A DNA stretch of 64,000 bases from the NCBI RefSeq assembly GCF_032444005.1, contig NW_027193546.1:806001-870000 (forward strand). Direction: 5' to 3'. Below the pieces are notes generated by a model. The model did no database searches. It had not been told where the DNA came from and saw only the letters and a program-made list of their open reading frames with translations. This DNA is from Ranitomeya imitator (taxonomy: Eukaryota). Positions 1 through 10,408 of the stretch are shown here, piece after piece; within the stretch, counting starts at the first letter, position 1, and every line of letters starts with the position of its first letter. The translations under genes were made by a program, and so were the position numbers.

Positions 1-242
1 AGCTTCAGGCGGCTGTTGTTCTTCTCTACATCGTATCCTCCAGCAGACAGAGCCTTCTTCAGGGCGGCCAGAGACACCCCGCTGCGCTCCTTGGAGGCGG
101 ACACGGCTTTCACGATCAGCTCGGAGACGCTGGGGCCGGAGGGTTTATTGCTCTTCTTGGCAGCAGATTTCTTCGGCTGCTTCTTGGATTTGGCGGCCGG
201 TTCTGCGGGAGGGGGAGCGGCGGCTGGCGCGGTCTCTGCCAT
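1..242 (-). CDS. H1: Histone H1, 5' part (continues beyond window start)
   Basis: Reverse complement reads [80 protein letters not shown], the H1 N-tail plus the start of the globular domain. An in-frame upstream ATG at 243-245 is an alternative start. Confidence 0.96.
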   Translation of the reverse strand, partial: MAETAPAAAPPPAEPAAKSKKQPKKSAAKKSNKPSGPSVSELIVKAVSASKERSGVSLAALKKALSAGGYDVEKNNSRLK

Positions 243-317
243 CATGTGCTGCTGACGCAAAATGAAAATATTTCCTGATAGGAAGGAAAACACTGAGGCC
301 GGAGCTGGAGGCGCCTG

Positions 318-408
318 TTATATGTACAGGCTTACTGCGCACTGATTGGCTGCTGAGCAGCACCGTCCTGAGCTTCTATTGGCTGACACTGGACACAGGC
401 CCCGCCCC
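318..408 (-). promoter_or_regulatory. H1 proximal promoter (TATA-like, two CCAAT boxes, GC box)
   Basis: Minus-strand CATATAA at 318-324, CCAAT at 345-349 and 378-382, GC box at ~398-408. Confidence 0.7.
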
Positions 409-1246
409 CTCCCAGCTGAGTCCGAGTGAAGCTCCGCTCTCCCCTTGTGCTTCCCTGCCCGGGATAAAAGCCCTTTACCGGCTAACACCGGACAGCAGAG
501 CGCGATTCCTCCGTCGCCTCCCCTTCTCCAACATCTCCACCGGCCATTTGTAGCCGTCACTAGCAGAGATGCCGGGAAAGAGCGGAGAGGAAATCCCGGG
601 ATCATCGCCGCCGTCCTCCCGATCTGCACCTCACTGTGTATCCGGGGAGATAAATCTGCTGCGGGAGCTCGTTCCTCCTATTCCCGGCTCCTGTCACCAT
701 CACAGGGATCTTTACTCCTATGTCTATCGCACAGGAAGCTGATTGTACGATGTGGGGACGAGCTGGAGCTGCTGACAACCCAGAAGGGTAACACAGGCGA
801 CGGCCTCCGCTGACTGCCACCTCCCTGACCTGTGGTGTCACTGTACCCCGTATGTGCAGAGGATTGGGGGGACACGTGTTCCACACCAGTAGATGATCCA
901 CATCGGTGGCTGATTGCAATCACCTGCCTGATATCGTGTCTTACCCAGTGTGAAGCTGTGACCGCTGCGGCCTGTCATGGTGCGAAGAGCTCTGATGAGG
1001 CGACAGCTGCACACTGCGACTCCCCAACCAAACACATAAACATCTCCGGGGAGAAAACTGAAATATTAATGGATTTATGTGACCCCCACTATTGTGTAAA
1101 AGGGGAATATTGGGAGAAAAGCGGAGACACAAAATCCAGCGTCTACACAGAGAACACAGCTGTACATAGTATATATAGTGCACAACATTACATCTGCACA
1201 GCCCAGATCAGCAGTGTAATAAGTGTCACTGATACTAGAGGAGAGG

Positions 1247-1455
1247 GTACAGTATATACAGCAGAGTGTACAGTATATACAGCAGAGTACACAGTATATA
1301 GAGCAGAGTGTACAGTATATACAGCAGTGTGCACAGTATATAGAGCCAGTGTGTACAGTACATACAGCAGTGTGTACAGTATATAGAGCAGTGTGTAAAG
1401 TATATACAGCAGTGTGTACAATTTATAGACCAGAGTGTACAGTATATAGAGCAGT
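1247..1455. repeat. 21-bp minisatellite (~10 copies, GTACAGTATATACAGCAGAGT-like)
   Basis: Tandem degenerate units visible directly; they produce the CTVYTAE-type ORF repeats. Confidence 0.9.
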
Positions 1456-1826
1456 CTCCCCTCTCTTCTTCTTTCTCTCTCTCTCTCCCTCTTTCTTAAT
1501 CTCTATTTCTCTCTCCTCTCTTTCATTATTTCCTTCTCTCCTTTCTCTCTTCGCTCTCCTCTCTTTCTTTCTCTCTTCTTTTTTCTCTAAATATTTCTCT
1601 CACTCTTACTCTTTCTTCCTTTCTATTTCTCTCTCCCTCTCTTTCCCTTGCTTTCTCTTTTTCTTACTTTATATCTATCTCTCTCCTTCTCTCTTTCTTT
1701 ATCTCTCTTCTCTCTCTCTCTCTTTATGTCTCTTTGTCTCTCTTTCTCTCTTTCTCCCTTTCTTTCTCTCTATCTCCTTCTTTCTCATTCTCTCTCTTTC
1801 ACTTTATCTCTCTCTTTCTCTCTCTC
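1456..1826. repeat. ~370-bp CT-rich polypyrimidine tract
   Basis: Almost purely C/T; ends in CAG at 1826-1828, like a splice acceptor. Confidence 0.92.
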
Positions 1827-1827
1827 A

Positions 1828-2831
1828 GGGAGAGATTATCAATCCTTCATGTCAGCAGTGCACCTCTCCAAAATGAGGCAGATGTACTAGATTTTCTAGG
1901 CACCGCCATCTGCACGTGGGGTGCTGCTGTAATCCCTGTCATCATCCTCGTTTTTCCTCTCCACGTTTCCATATCCAGCCAAGTGATCGCTGGGCCCAGT
2001 ATTCTCATCAGCATTGCCGATACTTCGAGCTGTAGCAAAGGAGAAGGCACAAGTGATGATAACCCGCCTCTATGTGCCCTCAAGTGTCTCCGCTGTGGTG
2101 CGGGATGATATGCTATGGAAGGTTAATAATCAATAATTGTGTCCTTCCTACAGGCTCTGGTGCCCCATGGAATGAAAGGTTTCCCCAGGAGGGCGGTGGT
2201 AAAGATGTTTAATGACTTGCTAAGGAATGGTCGCATGCAAAAACTCCAAGACTCGGACACCGTGCTGTCCCAGATTTTGGAGATGACGTGCAGTGACTTG
2301 GATTGGGAGGTGAAGGTGAACGCATTGGACCTGGCACATTCCTATATGTCCCAAACATTGGAGATGGGACCGTCCCTAACGTGCCCTTACACTATAGGGC
2401 TGCCATCTAGCAGAAGCTCAGGTTCCATCTCCGACGCTCTGGTTACATGTGAATGAGTCGGGCTTTTTCCGGCCTTATTGACTTGTCTGTGTGACTGTGA
2501 CCGGTCAGTGGCATCAAAGGCGTGTGAAATCCTTCTCGCTGTGAAGCCCAAACTGTGCAATGGGGACACTGATCCCTCCGAAGAGTATGGAAGAGACTGG
2601 CTGGAGCACACGATAAAAGAGAAGCAAATGGCAGGCGGGGACGGTGCTGGGGACCGGCAGGGTCGCCCACCAGAATGGGCCACTGGGGTCATAAAGAAGA
2701 TGGATTTGGATAACATAAAATGTTCCCTGCCGAAATACAGCGATTATGTACACGAGACTCCCCGGTCACTGCTGCAGGACGTCAAAGCCACCTTATGGGG
2801 GGAAGAAATGCACGATGCAGATTGCTACTGA
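1828..2831 (+). pseudogene. BRAT1: BRAT1-like pseudogene or partial duplicate (degenerate internal exon plus terminal exon)
   Basis: 2139-2831 is one frame broken by a single TGA (2454-2456): GFPRRAV...DLDWEVKVNALDLA...CPYTIGLP...VGLF...CDCDRSVASKACEILL...SDYVHETPRSLLQDV...DADCY*. These motifs match the BRAT1 C-terminus as I recall it (GFPRRAV, DLDWEV, DCDRPVAQKSC, SPQSLLQD, DEADCY). An LDFLGT motif near 1890 matches an internal BRAT1 exon but is frameshifted. Confidence 0.82.
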
Positions 2832-3183
2832 TGCGGAAGTTTAAGGGACTTTTCTGCTGCAGATCTCATTGCGGAAATGCCTTTTGTGCCGTGATTTGTA
2901 GTGGATCCAACCTGTTTTTTTCCTACAGTGTCCTACTGGGACCCAGAAGCCCTCCTGGCCATCCGACAGCTACTCAGGCCCCAATTTCGAAGAAGCACGT
3001 CCTGGTTATAAGAAAGCAAATGCCTTTGGCACTATAGAGGGTGATGTAGTAGGGATTATTTTTCTATTTTGGTTTGCTTCCAGTACAGTTTTCACATTAA
3101 ATCAGAACAATTAAAGAAAACAAACAAAAAAAAACACGGCACATTCCTGTAATTTTCAATTAAAGCATAACATTTTATATAAA

Positions 3184-3280
3184 TGTATTTGTCTATATTT
3201 GCCCCGTATTCACATGTAAAGCGCCATGGAATAAATGGCGCTATAAAAATGTATAATAATAATAAAATAATAATAATATA
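3184..3280 (+). mobile_element. Very short 3' end of an L2/CR1-group LINE
   Basis: CACATGTAAAGCGCCATGGAATAAATGGCGCTATA plus an (AAT)n tail, the same as the terminus at 14494-14543. It is absent from the paralogous spacer near 20050. Confidence 0.75.
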
Positions 3281-3567
3281 AACAATGCATAAAAATGTGT
3301 CTTTCTGGGTTGTGATTGGTACATGAGGTAATGGCATAAATTAACATTCAATCACCTGATGTTGATATGATGAAAAATCTCTCCTAATTTCACTTGCTGC
3401 TTTCAACCGTGTATTGGGATTAACTGTGGGGGCATCATACATTGTGGAGAGTATGATCCACTCTGATCTGGCATGGTCATGACAATAGTCGGGATACCTG
3501 CCGCTACAGGGAAGGAAATTGTATATAATAAAGAAGCTGGAAAAATAATTGCAGAAACTGTACAATT

Positions 3568-3709
3568 GGCGGGAAATTCAAACTTCCCAACAGTTCTGTG
3601 TTCAGCCAATCAGCAGAGGAAGGGAGGAGCTAATGATTCTGTAAGCCCCGCCCCGGATAGCGTCATCTCTCCAGTTCTCTCTCTGGTCCACTCTTCCTCC
3701 ATATAAAGG
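3568..3709 (+). promoter_or_regulatory. H4 promoter (E2F/CHR/MYB/CCAAT-like module, GC box, GGTCC H4 element, TATA)
   Basis: GGCGGGAAATTCAAA 3568-3582, CCAAT 3606-3610, GCCCCGCCCC ~3645, GGTCC 3685-3689 (HINFP-type site II core), CATATAAAGG 3700-3709. Confidence 0.75.
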
Positions 3710-3749
3710 AGCAGTCCCTGAGGCTCAGGAATCAGTTTTTGCTCATTGA

Positions 3750-4070
<321 letters not shown>

Positions 4071-4100
4071 TTGTGTTCTCTTCTGTCCTCACAACCCAAA

Positions 4101-4138
4101 GGCTCTTTTCAGAGCCACCCACATCTTCTAAGTGAGAG
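4101..4138 (+). terminator. Histone 3' stem-loop plus HDE of H4
   Basis: AAA GGCTCT TTTC AGAGCC ACCCA at 4098-4121; purine-rich AAGTGAGAG ~4130-4138. Confidence 0.95.
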
Positions 4139-4900
4139 GCTGCACCTGACTGCTAGGATCTGATTTCTCTGCTTTGGTGATGTCGCTGTAATGTTAGAAC
4201 ACTCATCGGTGCCAACGTTACGCTCCGAATACTGAATAGTCCCAAGGATATCCTGACGTGGAAAGACTAAACGGCTTACCCGAAGCAGATCCCTCTACAG
4301 CTCTAATCAGGGGGGTGTTCAGGGCGGTTTCCAAATGTAGGTTAATATTCTGTCTAGACATTTAATATCCTGTTCTTATTGGGCGCTGATTAGTAGATTT
4401 ATGGGGGATATATATCCGCACTGGGCCGCAGTGATAATTTCCTGATCAGATCCGTGTACAGGGAATGTGGCTGTAGGAGGCAGCTGGATAGATGGACGCC
4501 CTGTGTGTCATCACATAGGGTACGGAGACTCCTATATGATGACCACGTCCTGGACACAAATGTTTCGGGTGGATGGCGCCTCTGAAGACTATTATAACCT
4601 CCTCAGAATAATGATGGGCTGTTTGAGGTCTGATAGCCACGGCTGCGCGTTTTGAGGTCCTGTCATGTATTTATATATATCCGGTGTGTGCAGTGTATGG
4701 GGGGACACAGGTGTTGGTTCTGTTCCCTACAGCTCCTGTCCTGTATATGTATATACAAAGCGTATACATTGTGTGCAGTGTATGGGGGACACAGCGCTGC
4801 CGGGGCCTGGGGTGAAGGTGCCGCATCTGTGGATACTCTGGTAAAGAAAAGATCAGCTGGAAAACGGCACGTAAGGAGTTAAACGGGAGAGGAAAGACGT

Positions 4901-5374
4901 GCAACAAAATTAATAAAGGGGATGGGAGAACTACAATACCCAGATAGATTAGCGAAATTAGGATTATTTAGTCTAGAAAAAAGACGACTGAGGGGCGATC
5001 TAATAACCATGTATAAGTATATAAGGGGACAATACAAATATCTCGCTGAGGATCTGTTTATACCAAGGAAGGTGACGGGCACAAGGGGGCATTCTTTGCG
5101 TCTGGAGGAGAGAAGGTTTTTCCACCAACATAGAAGAGGATTCTTTACTGTTAGGGCAGTGAGAATCTGGAATTGCTTGCCTGAGGAGGTGGTGATGGCG
5201 AACTCAGTCGAGGGGTTCAAGAGAGGCCTGGATGTCTTCCTGGAGCAGAACAATATTGTATCATACAATTAGGTTCTGTAGAGGGACGTAGATCTGGGGA
5301 TTTGTTGTGATGGAGTGTGGGCTGAACTGGAAGGACAAATGTCTTTTTTCGGCCTTACTAACTATGTTACTATG
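4901..5374 (+). mobile_element. 5'-truncated CR1 LINE copy (ORF2 C-terminus, 3' UTR, TTACTATG tail)
   Basis: 4901-5270 is identical to the reverse complement of 7496-7865; ends in TTACTAACTATGTTACTATG. Confidence 0.96.
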
Positions 5375-5744
5375 TACATCACTGAAGGCTGAGCGTTACC
5401 AAGGTTTCTCGCTCATTGTCTGATCACAGAATCCGTTGGGGAATTTGAATTCCCCGCTCATAATCTCCGGAGGATTGTTACAGGTCACTGATAGCGACAA
5501 CCATCCCCCACCCCCTTACTGCGGGACCTGCTAACTACATGTAGACCTCACCGCGGAGTATCAGACACTAAGGAGGGGACATTTCCTGCGAGCTTGGCAG
5601 ACGACACTCCACCTGAGGGTCTGAGACTTCATGTGGGATTGACCCATTCATCTCCTGTTATTCTGTGGATATGTGCACCAACAATGGCGGCAATGGTGTA
5701 TGAACTATCAGCCTCATGCGAGGACCCCCGAGATAGGCGGCGCC

Positions 5745-5784
5745 GGCTCTTGTGGTGACGGTGTGGGTGGCTCTTAGAAGAGCC
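5745..5784 (-). terminator. Histone 3' stem-loop plus HDE of H2A
   Basis: Minus strand GGCTCT TCTA AGAGCC ACCCAC (stem-loop 5769-5784), downstream AAGAGCC at 5745-5751. Confidence 0.93.
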
Positions 5785-5813
5785 TTTGGTTTTGTAGAGA
5801 TTGGCGGCAGCGC

Positions 5814-6206
5814 TCACTTGCTCTTGCTCGCCTTGCTGCTCTCGGTCTTCTTGGGCAGCAGCACGGCCTGGATGTTGGGCAGGACGCCCCCCTGGGCAAT
5901 GGTCACCCCACCCAGCAGCCTGTTCAGCTCCTCGTCATTGCGCACCGCCAGCTGCAGGTGACGGGGGATGATGCGGGTCTTCTTGTTGTCCCGGGCAGCA
6001 TTGCCGGCCAATTCCAGGATCTCAGCGGTCAGATACTCCAGCACAGCGGCCAGATAGACCGGAGCGCCGGCGCCGACTCTCTCAGCGTAGTTGCCCTTGC
6101 GGAGAAGCCTGTGCACACGGCCGACTGGGAACTGCAGTCCTGCCCGGGATGAGCGGGTCTTGGCCTTAGCACGGACCTTTCCTCCTTGTTTGCCGCGTCC
6201 AGACAT
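5814..6206 (-). CDS. H2A: Histone H2A (canonical, 130 aa)
   Basis: [40 protein letters not shown]...[15 protein letters not shown]; stem-loop 29 nt after the stop. Confidence 0.99.
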   Translation of the reverse strand: MSGRGKQGGKVRAKAKTRSSRAGLQFPVGRVHRLLRKGNYAERVGAGAPVYLAAVLEYLTAEILELAGNAARDNKKTRIIPRHLQLAVRNDEELNRLLGGVTIAQGGVLPNIQAVLLPKKTESSKASKSK

Positions 6207-7383
6207 GATGCCGATAACTAATGACGGAAAATCGTGTAGAGAAGAGTCTGTGCTATGTCGCCTTATATAGTCCGTTGCTCCGCCCTCCTCTCCTGTCGTT
6301 GGACGGATCTGAAGATGAAAATGGAGAAGAGTATTGGAGATCCACCAATGAGCTACAGAGGGCAGAGCTTATTATTGCTCCTTTCTCAAATGAGTTTCTC
6401 ACCCAATAGAAAACGTTCGCTTTGGACAGAATAGATAAGGGGTGAAAACAGATATCTGTCCTGGAGCAGAAGGAAATGCAGAAATATTCTGTTGACTTGT
6501 TGTACTTGTGTCTTCTATCAGCCATATATTGCACTGACAGTCTGGCGGGTGAGGGGTTAATTCCTGTCAGGAGGCGGCTCCTCACTCACCCGCTTATTAT
6601 CCTGTGCAGATCCCCTGTGGTGTCCGCGCTTATACTATCACAGCCTGACTGAGACAAGTCTCCTATGTTCTGCCCGGAGCCTGATGTGACGCTGCCGGGT
6701 CTCGGGTGGGGGAAGTCGCCGCTTCTGTAAAGCGAGTGTGTAGTGGGGGGTCAGCACACACGGACACTGAGGAGTTAAATGGAGGCGGATATTCCTGTAT
6801 CTGGGATTGGTCGGCGCCTGCGGATGTCTCTCGCTCATTGGCTGATTACAGATCCGTTGCTGGTTTTGAATTCCCCGCTCAGTTTCTGCTCTTTGTCCGT
6901 CGGGTTTATTACCGGCCCCTTTGCTGGAGCGGCGATCGCTGATAATAGTGTGCGGTATTTTTTCTTCTACTATTAACTTGACCACACGGTCTGTTTTACC
7001 AGCACCTCCGTGTCCTTGACCTGAGTGCACACCATTATCCTTGTTCATGCCCCCAAACACGGGCGGGGATCGGTCGCCATTATTACTCTGGGGAGGTTAT
7101 AATAACCTTCATAGGCGCCATCCATCCGAAACATTAGTGTCCGGGACGTGGTCATCACATAGGAGTCTCCGTACCCGGTACACAGGGCGTCCATCTATCC
7201 AGCTGCCTCAGACAGCCACATTCCCTGTGAATATTCGCTGCCCTATTCACCCCACACGGATCTGATCAGGAGAATATTACTGTACAGCCCATTTCCCTGT
7301 AATTCCGTGTTCTATTTATTTTATATATCAATAAGAAGAAACCGCATTTGTGCTGTGATGGGAGTCACCAGTACTTGGGGCAT
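6053..7383. repeat. Left copy of the 1,331-bp direct duplication flanking the full-length CR1
   Basis: Matches 12102-13432 (offset 6,049); I found one mismatch (6364 A vs 12413 G). Confidence 0.96.
6263..6407 (-). promoter_or_regulatory. H2A promoter (TATA plus CCAAT boxes)
   Basis: Minus-strand CTATATAA at 6263-6270; CCAAT/ATTGG at 6333-6337, 6345-6349 and 6403-6407. Confidence 0.75.
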
Positions 7384-7490
7384 AGTAACATAGTAACATA
7401 GTTAGTAAGGCCGAAAAAAGACATTTGTCCATCCAGTTCAGCCTATATTCCATCATAATAAATACCCAGATCTACGTCCTTCTACAGAAC

Positions 7491-10271
7491 CTAATAATTG
7501 TATGATACAATATTGTTCTGCTCCAGGAAGACATCCAGGCCTCTCTTGAACCCCTCGACTGAGTTCGCCATCACCACCTCCTCAGGCAAGCAATTCCAGA
7601 TTCTCACTGCCCTAACAGTAAAGAATCCTCTTCTATGTTGGTGGAAAAACCTTCTCTCCTCCAGACGCAAAGAATGCCCCCTTGTGCCCGTCACCTTCCT
7701 TGGTATAAACAGATCCTCAGCGAGATATTTGTATTGTCCCCTTATATACTTATACATGGTTATTAGATCGCCCCTCAGTCGTCTTTTTTCTAGACTAAAT
7801 AATCCTAATTTCGCTAATCTATCTGGGTATTGTAGTTCTCCCATCCCCTTTATTAATTTTGTTGCCCTCCTTTGTACTCTCTCTAGTTCCATTATATCCT
7901 TCCTGAGCACCGGTGCCCAAAACTGGACACAGTACTCCATGTGCGGTCTAACTAGGGATTTGTACAGAGGCAGTAGAATGCTCTCATCATGTGTATCCAG
8001 ACCTCTTTTAATGCACCCCATGATCCTGTTTGCCTTGGCAGCTGCTGCCTGGCACTGGCTGCTCCAGGTAAGTTTATCATTAACTAGGATCCCCAAGTCC
8101 TTCTCCCTGTCAGATTTACCCAGTGGTTTCCCGTTCAGTGTGTAATGGTGATATTGATTCCCTCTTCCCATGTGTATAACCTTACATTTATCATTGTTAA
8201 ACCTCATCTGCCACCTTTCAGCCCAAGTTTCCAACTTATCCAGATCCATCTGTAGCAGAATACTATCTTCTCTTGTATTAACTGCTTTACATAGTTTTGT
8301 ATCATCTGCAAATATCGATATTTTACTGTGTAAACCTTCTACCAGATCATTAATGAATATGTTGAAGAGAACAGGTCCCAATACTGACCCCTGCGGTACC
8401 CCACTGGTCACAGCGACCCAGTTAGAGACTATACCATTTATAACCACCCTCTGCTTTCTATCACTAAGCCAGTTACTAACCCATTTACACACATTTTCCC
8501 CCAGACCAAGCATTCTCATTTTGTGTACCAACCTCTTGTGCGGCACGGTATCAAACGCTTTGGAAAAATCGAGATATACCACGTCCAATGACTCACCGTG
8601 GTCCAGTCTATAGCTTACCTCTTCATAAAAACTGATTAGATTGGTTTGACAGGAGCGATTTCTCATAAACCCATGCTGATATGGAGTTAAACAGTTATTC
8701 TCATTGAGATAATCCAGAATAACATCCCTCAGAAACCCTTCAAATATTTTACCAACAATAGAGGTTAGACTTACTGGCCTATAATTTCCAGGTTCACTTT
8801 TAGAGCCCTTTTTGAATATTGGCACCACATTTGCTATGCGCCAGTCCTGCGGAACAGACCCTGTCGCTATAGAGTCACTAAAAATAAGAAATAATGGTTT
8901 ATCTATTACATTACTTAGTTCTCTTAGTACTCGTGGGTGTATGCCATCCGGACCCGGAGATTTATCTATTTTAATCTTATTTAGCCGGTTTCGCACCTCT
9001 TCTTGGGTTAGATTGGTGACCCTTAATATAGGGTTTTCATTGTTTCTTGGGATTTCACCTAGCATTTCATTTTCCACCGTGAATACCGTGGAGAAGAAGG
9101 TGTTTAATATGTTAGCTTTTTCCTCGTCATCTACAACCATTCTTTCCTCACTATTTTTTAAGGGGCCTACATTTTCAGTTTTTATTCTTTTACTATTGAT
9201 ATAGTTGAAGAACAGTTTGGGATTAGTTTTACTCTCCTTAGCAATGTGCTTCTCTGTTTCCTTTTTGGCAGCTTTAATTAGTTTTTTAGATAAAGTATTT
9301 TTCTCCCTATAGTTTTGTAGAGCTTCAATGGTGCCATCCTGCTTTAGTAGTGCAAATGCTTTCTTTTTACTGTTAATTGCCTGTCTTACTTCTTTGTTTA
9401 GCCACATTGGGTTTTTCCTATTTCTAGTCCTTTTATTCCCACAAGGTATAAACCGCTTACACTGCCTATTTAGGATGTTCTTAAACATTTCCCATTTATT
9501 ATCTGTATTCTCATTTCTGAGGATATTGTCCCAGTCTACCAGATTAAGGGCATCTCTAAGCTGTTCAAACTTTGCCTTCCTAAAGTTCAATGTTTTTGTG
9601 ACTCCCTGACAAGTCCCCCTAGTGAAAGACAGGTGAAACTGCACAATATTGTGGTCGCTATTTCCTAAATGCCCAACCACCTGCAGATTTGTTATTCTGT
9701 CAGGTCTATTAGATAGTATTAGGTCTAAAAGTGCTGCTCCTCTGGTTGGATTCTGCACCAATTGTGAAAGATAATTTTTCTTGGTTATTAGCAGAAACCT
9801 GTTGCCTTTATGGGTTTCACAGGTTTCTGTTTCCCAGTTAATATCCGGGTAGTTAAAGTCCCCCATAACCAGGACCTCATTATGAGTTGCAGCTTCATCT
9901 ATCTGCTTTAGAAGTAGACTTTCCATGCTTTCTGTTATATTTGGGGGTTTGTAACAGACCCCAATGAGAATTTTGTTACCATTTTTCCCTCCATGAATTT
10001 CAACCCATATGGACTCGACATCCTCATTCCCTTCGCTAATATCCTCCCTTAAAGTGGACTTTAGACAAGACTTTACATAGAGACAAACCCCTCCTCCTCT
10101 CCGATTTTTACGATCCTTTCTAAACAGACTGTAACCCTGTAAGTTAACTGCCCAGTCATAGCTTTCATCTAACCATGTCTCGGTTATTCCCACTATGTCA
10201 AAGTTACCTGTAGATATTTCTGCTTCTAGTTCTTCCATCTTGTTTGTCAGGCTTCTGGCGTTTGCGAGCAT
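7491..10271 (-). CDS. CR1 ORF2: AP-endonuclease plus reverse transcriptase (926 aa from the first Met; frame is open further upstream)
   Basis: NARSL, GITETW, GDFNYP and SDHN endonuclease motifs; PGPDG, YRPVSLTS, QHGF, YLDFSKAFD, GVPQGSVLGP and FADD RT motifs; no stops. Confidence 0.97.
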   Translation of the reverse strand: MLANARSLTNKMEELEAEISTGNFDIVGITETWLDESYDWAVNLQGYSLFRKDRKNRRGGGVCLYVKSCLKSTLREDISEGNEDVESIWVEIHGGKNGNKILIGVCYKPPNITESMESLLLKQIDEAATHNEVLVMGDFNYPDINWETETCETHKGNRFLLITKKNYLSQLVQNPTRGAALLDLILSNRPDRITNLQVVGHLGNSDHNIVQFHLSFTRGTCQGVTKTLNFRKAKFEQLRDALNLVDWDNILRNENTDNKWEMFKNILNRQCKRFIPCGNKRTRNRKNPMWLNKEVRQAINSKKKAFALLKQDGTIEALQNYREKNTLSKKLIKAAKKETEKHIAKESKTNPKLFFNYINSKRIKTENVGPLKNSEERMVVDDEEKANILNTFFSTVFTVENEMLGEIPRNNENPILRVTNLTQEEVRNRLNKIKIDKSPGPDGIHPRVLRELSNVIDKPLFLIFSDSIATGSVPQDWRIANVVPIFKKGSKSEPGNYRPVSLTSIVGKIFEGFLRDVILDYLNENNCLTPYQHGFMRNRSCQTNLISFYEEVSYRLDHGESLDVVYLDFSKAFDTVPHKRLVHKMRMLGLGENVCKWVSNWLSDRKQRVVINGIVSNWVAVTSGVPQGSVLGPVLFNIFINDLVEGLHSKISIFADDTKLCKAVNTREDSILLQMDLDKLETWAERWQMRFNNDKCKVIHMGRGNQYHHYTLNGKPLGKSDREKDLGILVNDKLTWSSQCQAAAAKANRIMGCIKRGLDTHDESILLPLYKSLVRPHMEYCVQFWAPVLRKDIMELERVQRRATKLIKGMGELQYPDRLAKLGLFSLEKRRLRGDLITMYKYIRGQYKYLAEDLFIPRKVTGTRGHSLRLEERRFFHQHRRGFFTVRAVRIWNCLPEEVVMANSVEGFKRGLDVFLEQNNIVSYNY

Positions 10272-10408
10272 GCAGTTTAGAGGATTTTGTTTTGTTCCAA
10301 TCTCCTCACTGTGGATTGTTTTAGAAATGTTCTTACCTCCCTTCTGAGTATGTTTTCCTGGGTCGTCTTTGTTCGAGTCTAATGTTTTTCTTCCCGTCCC
10401 CTCTTCTT

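Noticed and set aside
832-1890. ORFs of 77-217 aa (CTVYTA, Leu/Ser/Phe-rich)
   Set aside because: Produced by the 21-bp minisatellite and the CT tract. A faint PVCA..PVDD resemblance to the BRAT1 N-terminus near 845-900 is too weak to call without an alignment.
4686-4794. Short direct repeat TGTGTGCAGTGTATGGGGG(G)ACACAG
   Set aside because: Only two copies of ~25 bp in low-complexity spacer; no TIR, TSD or other structure.
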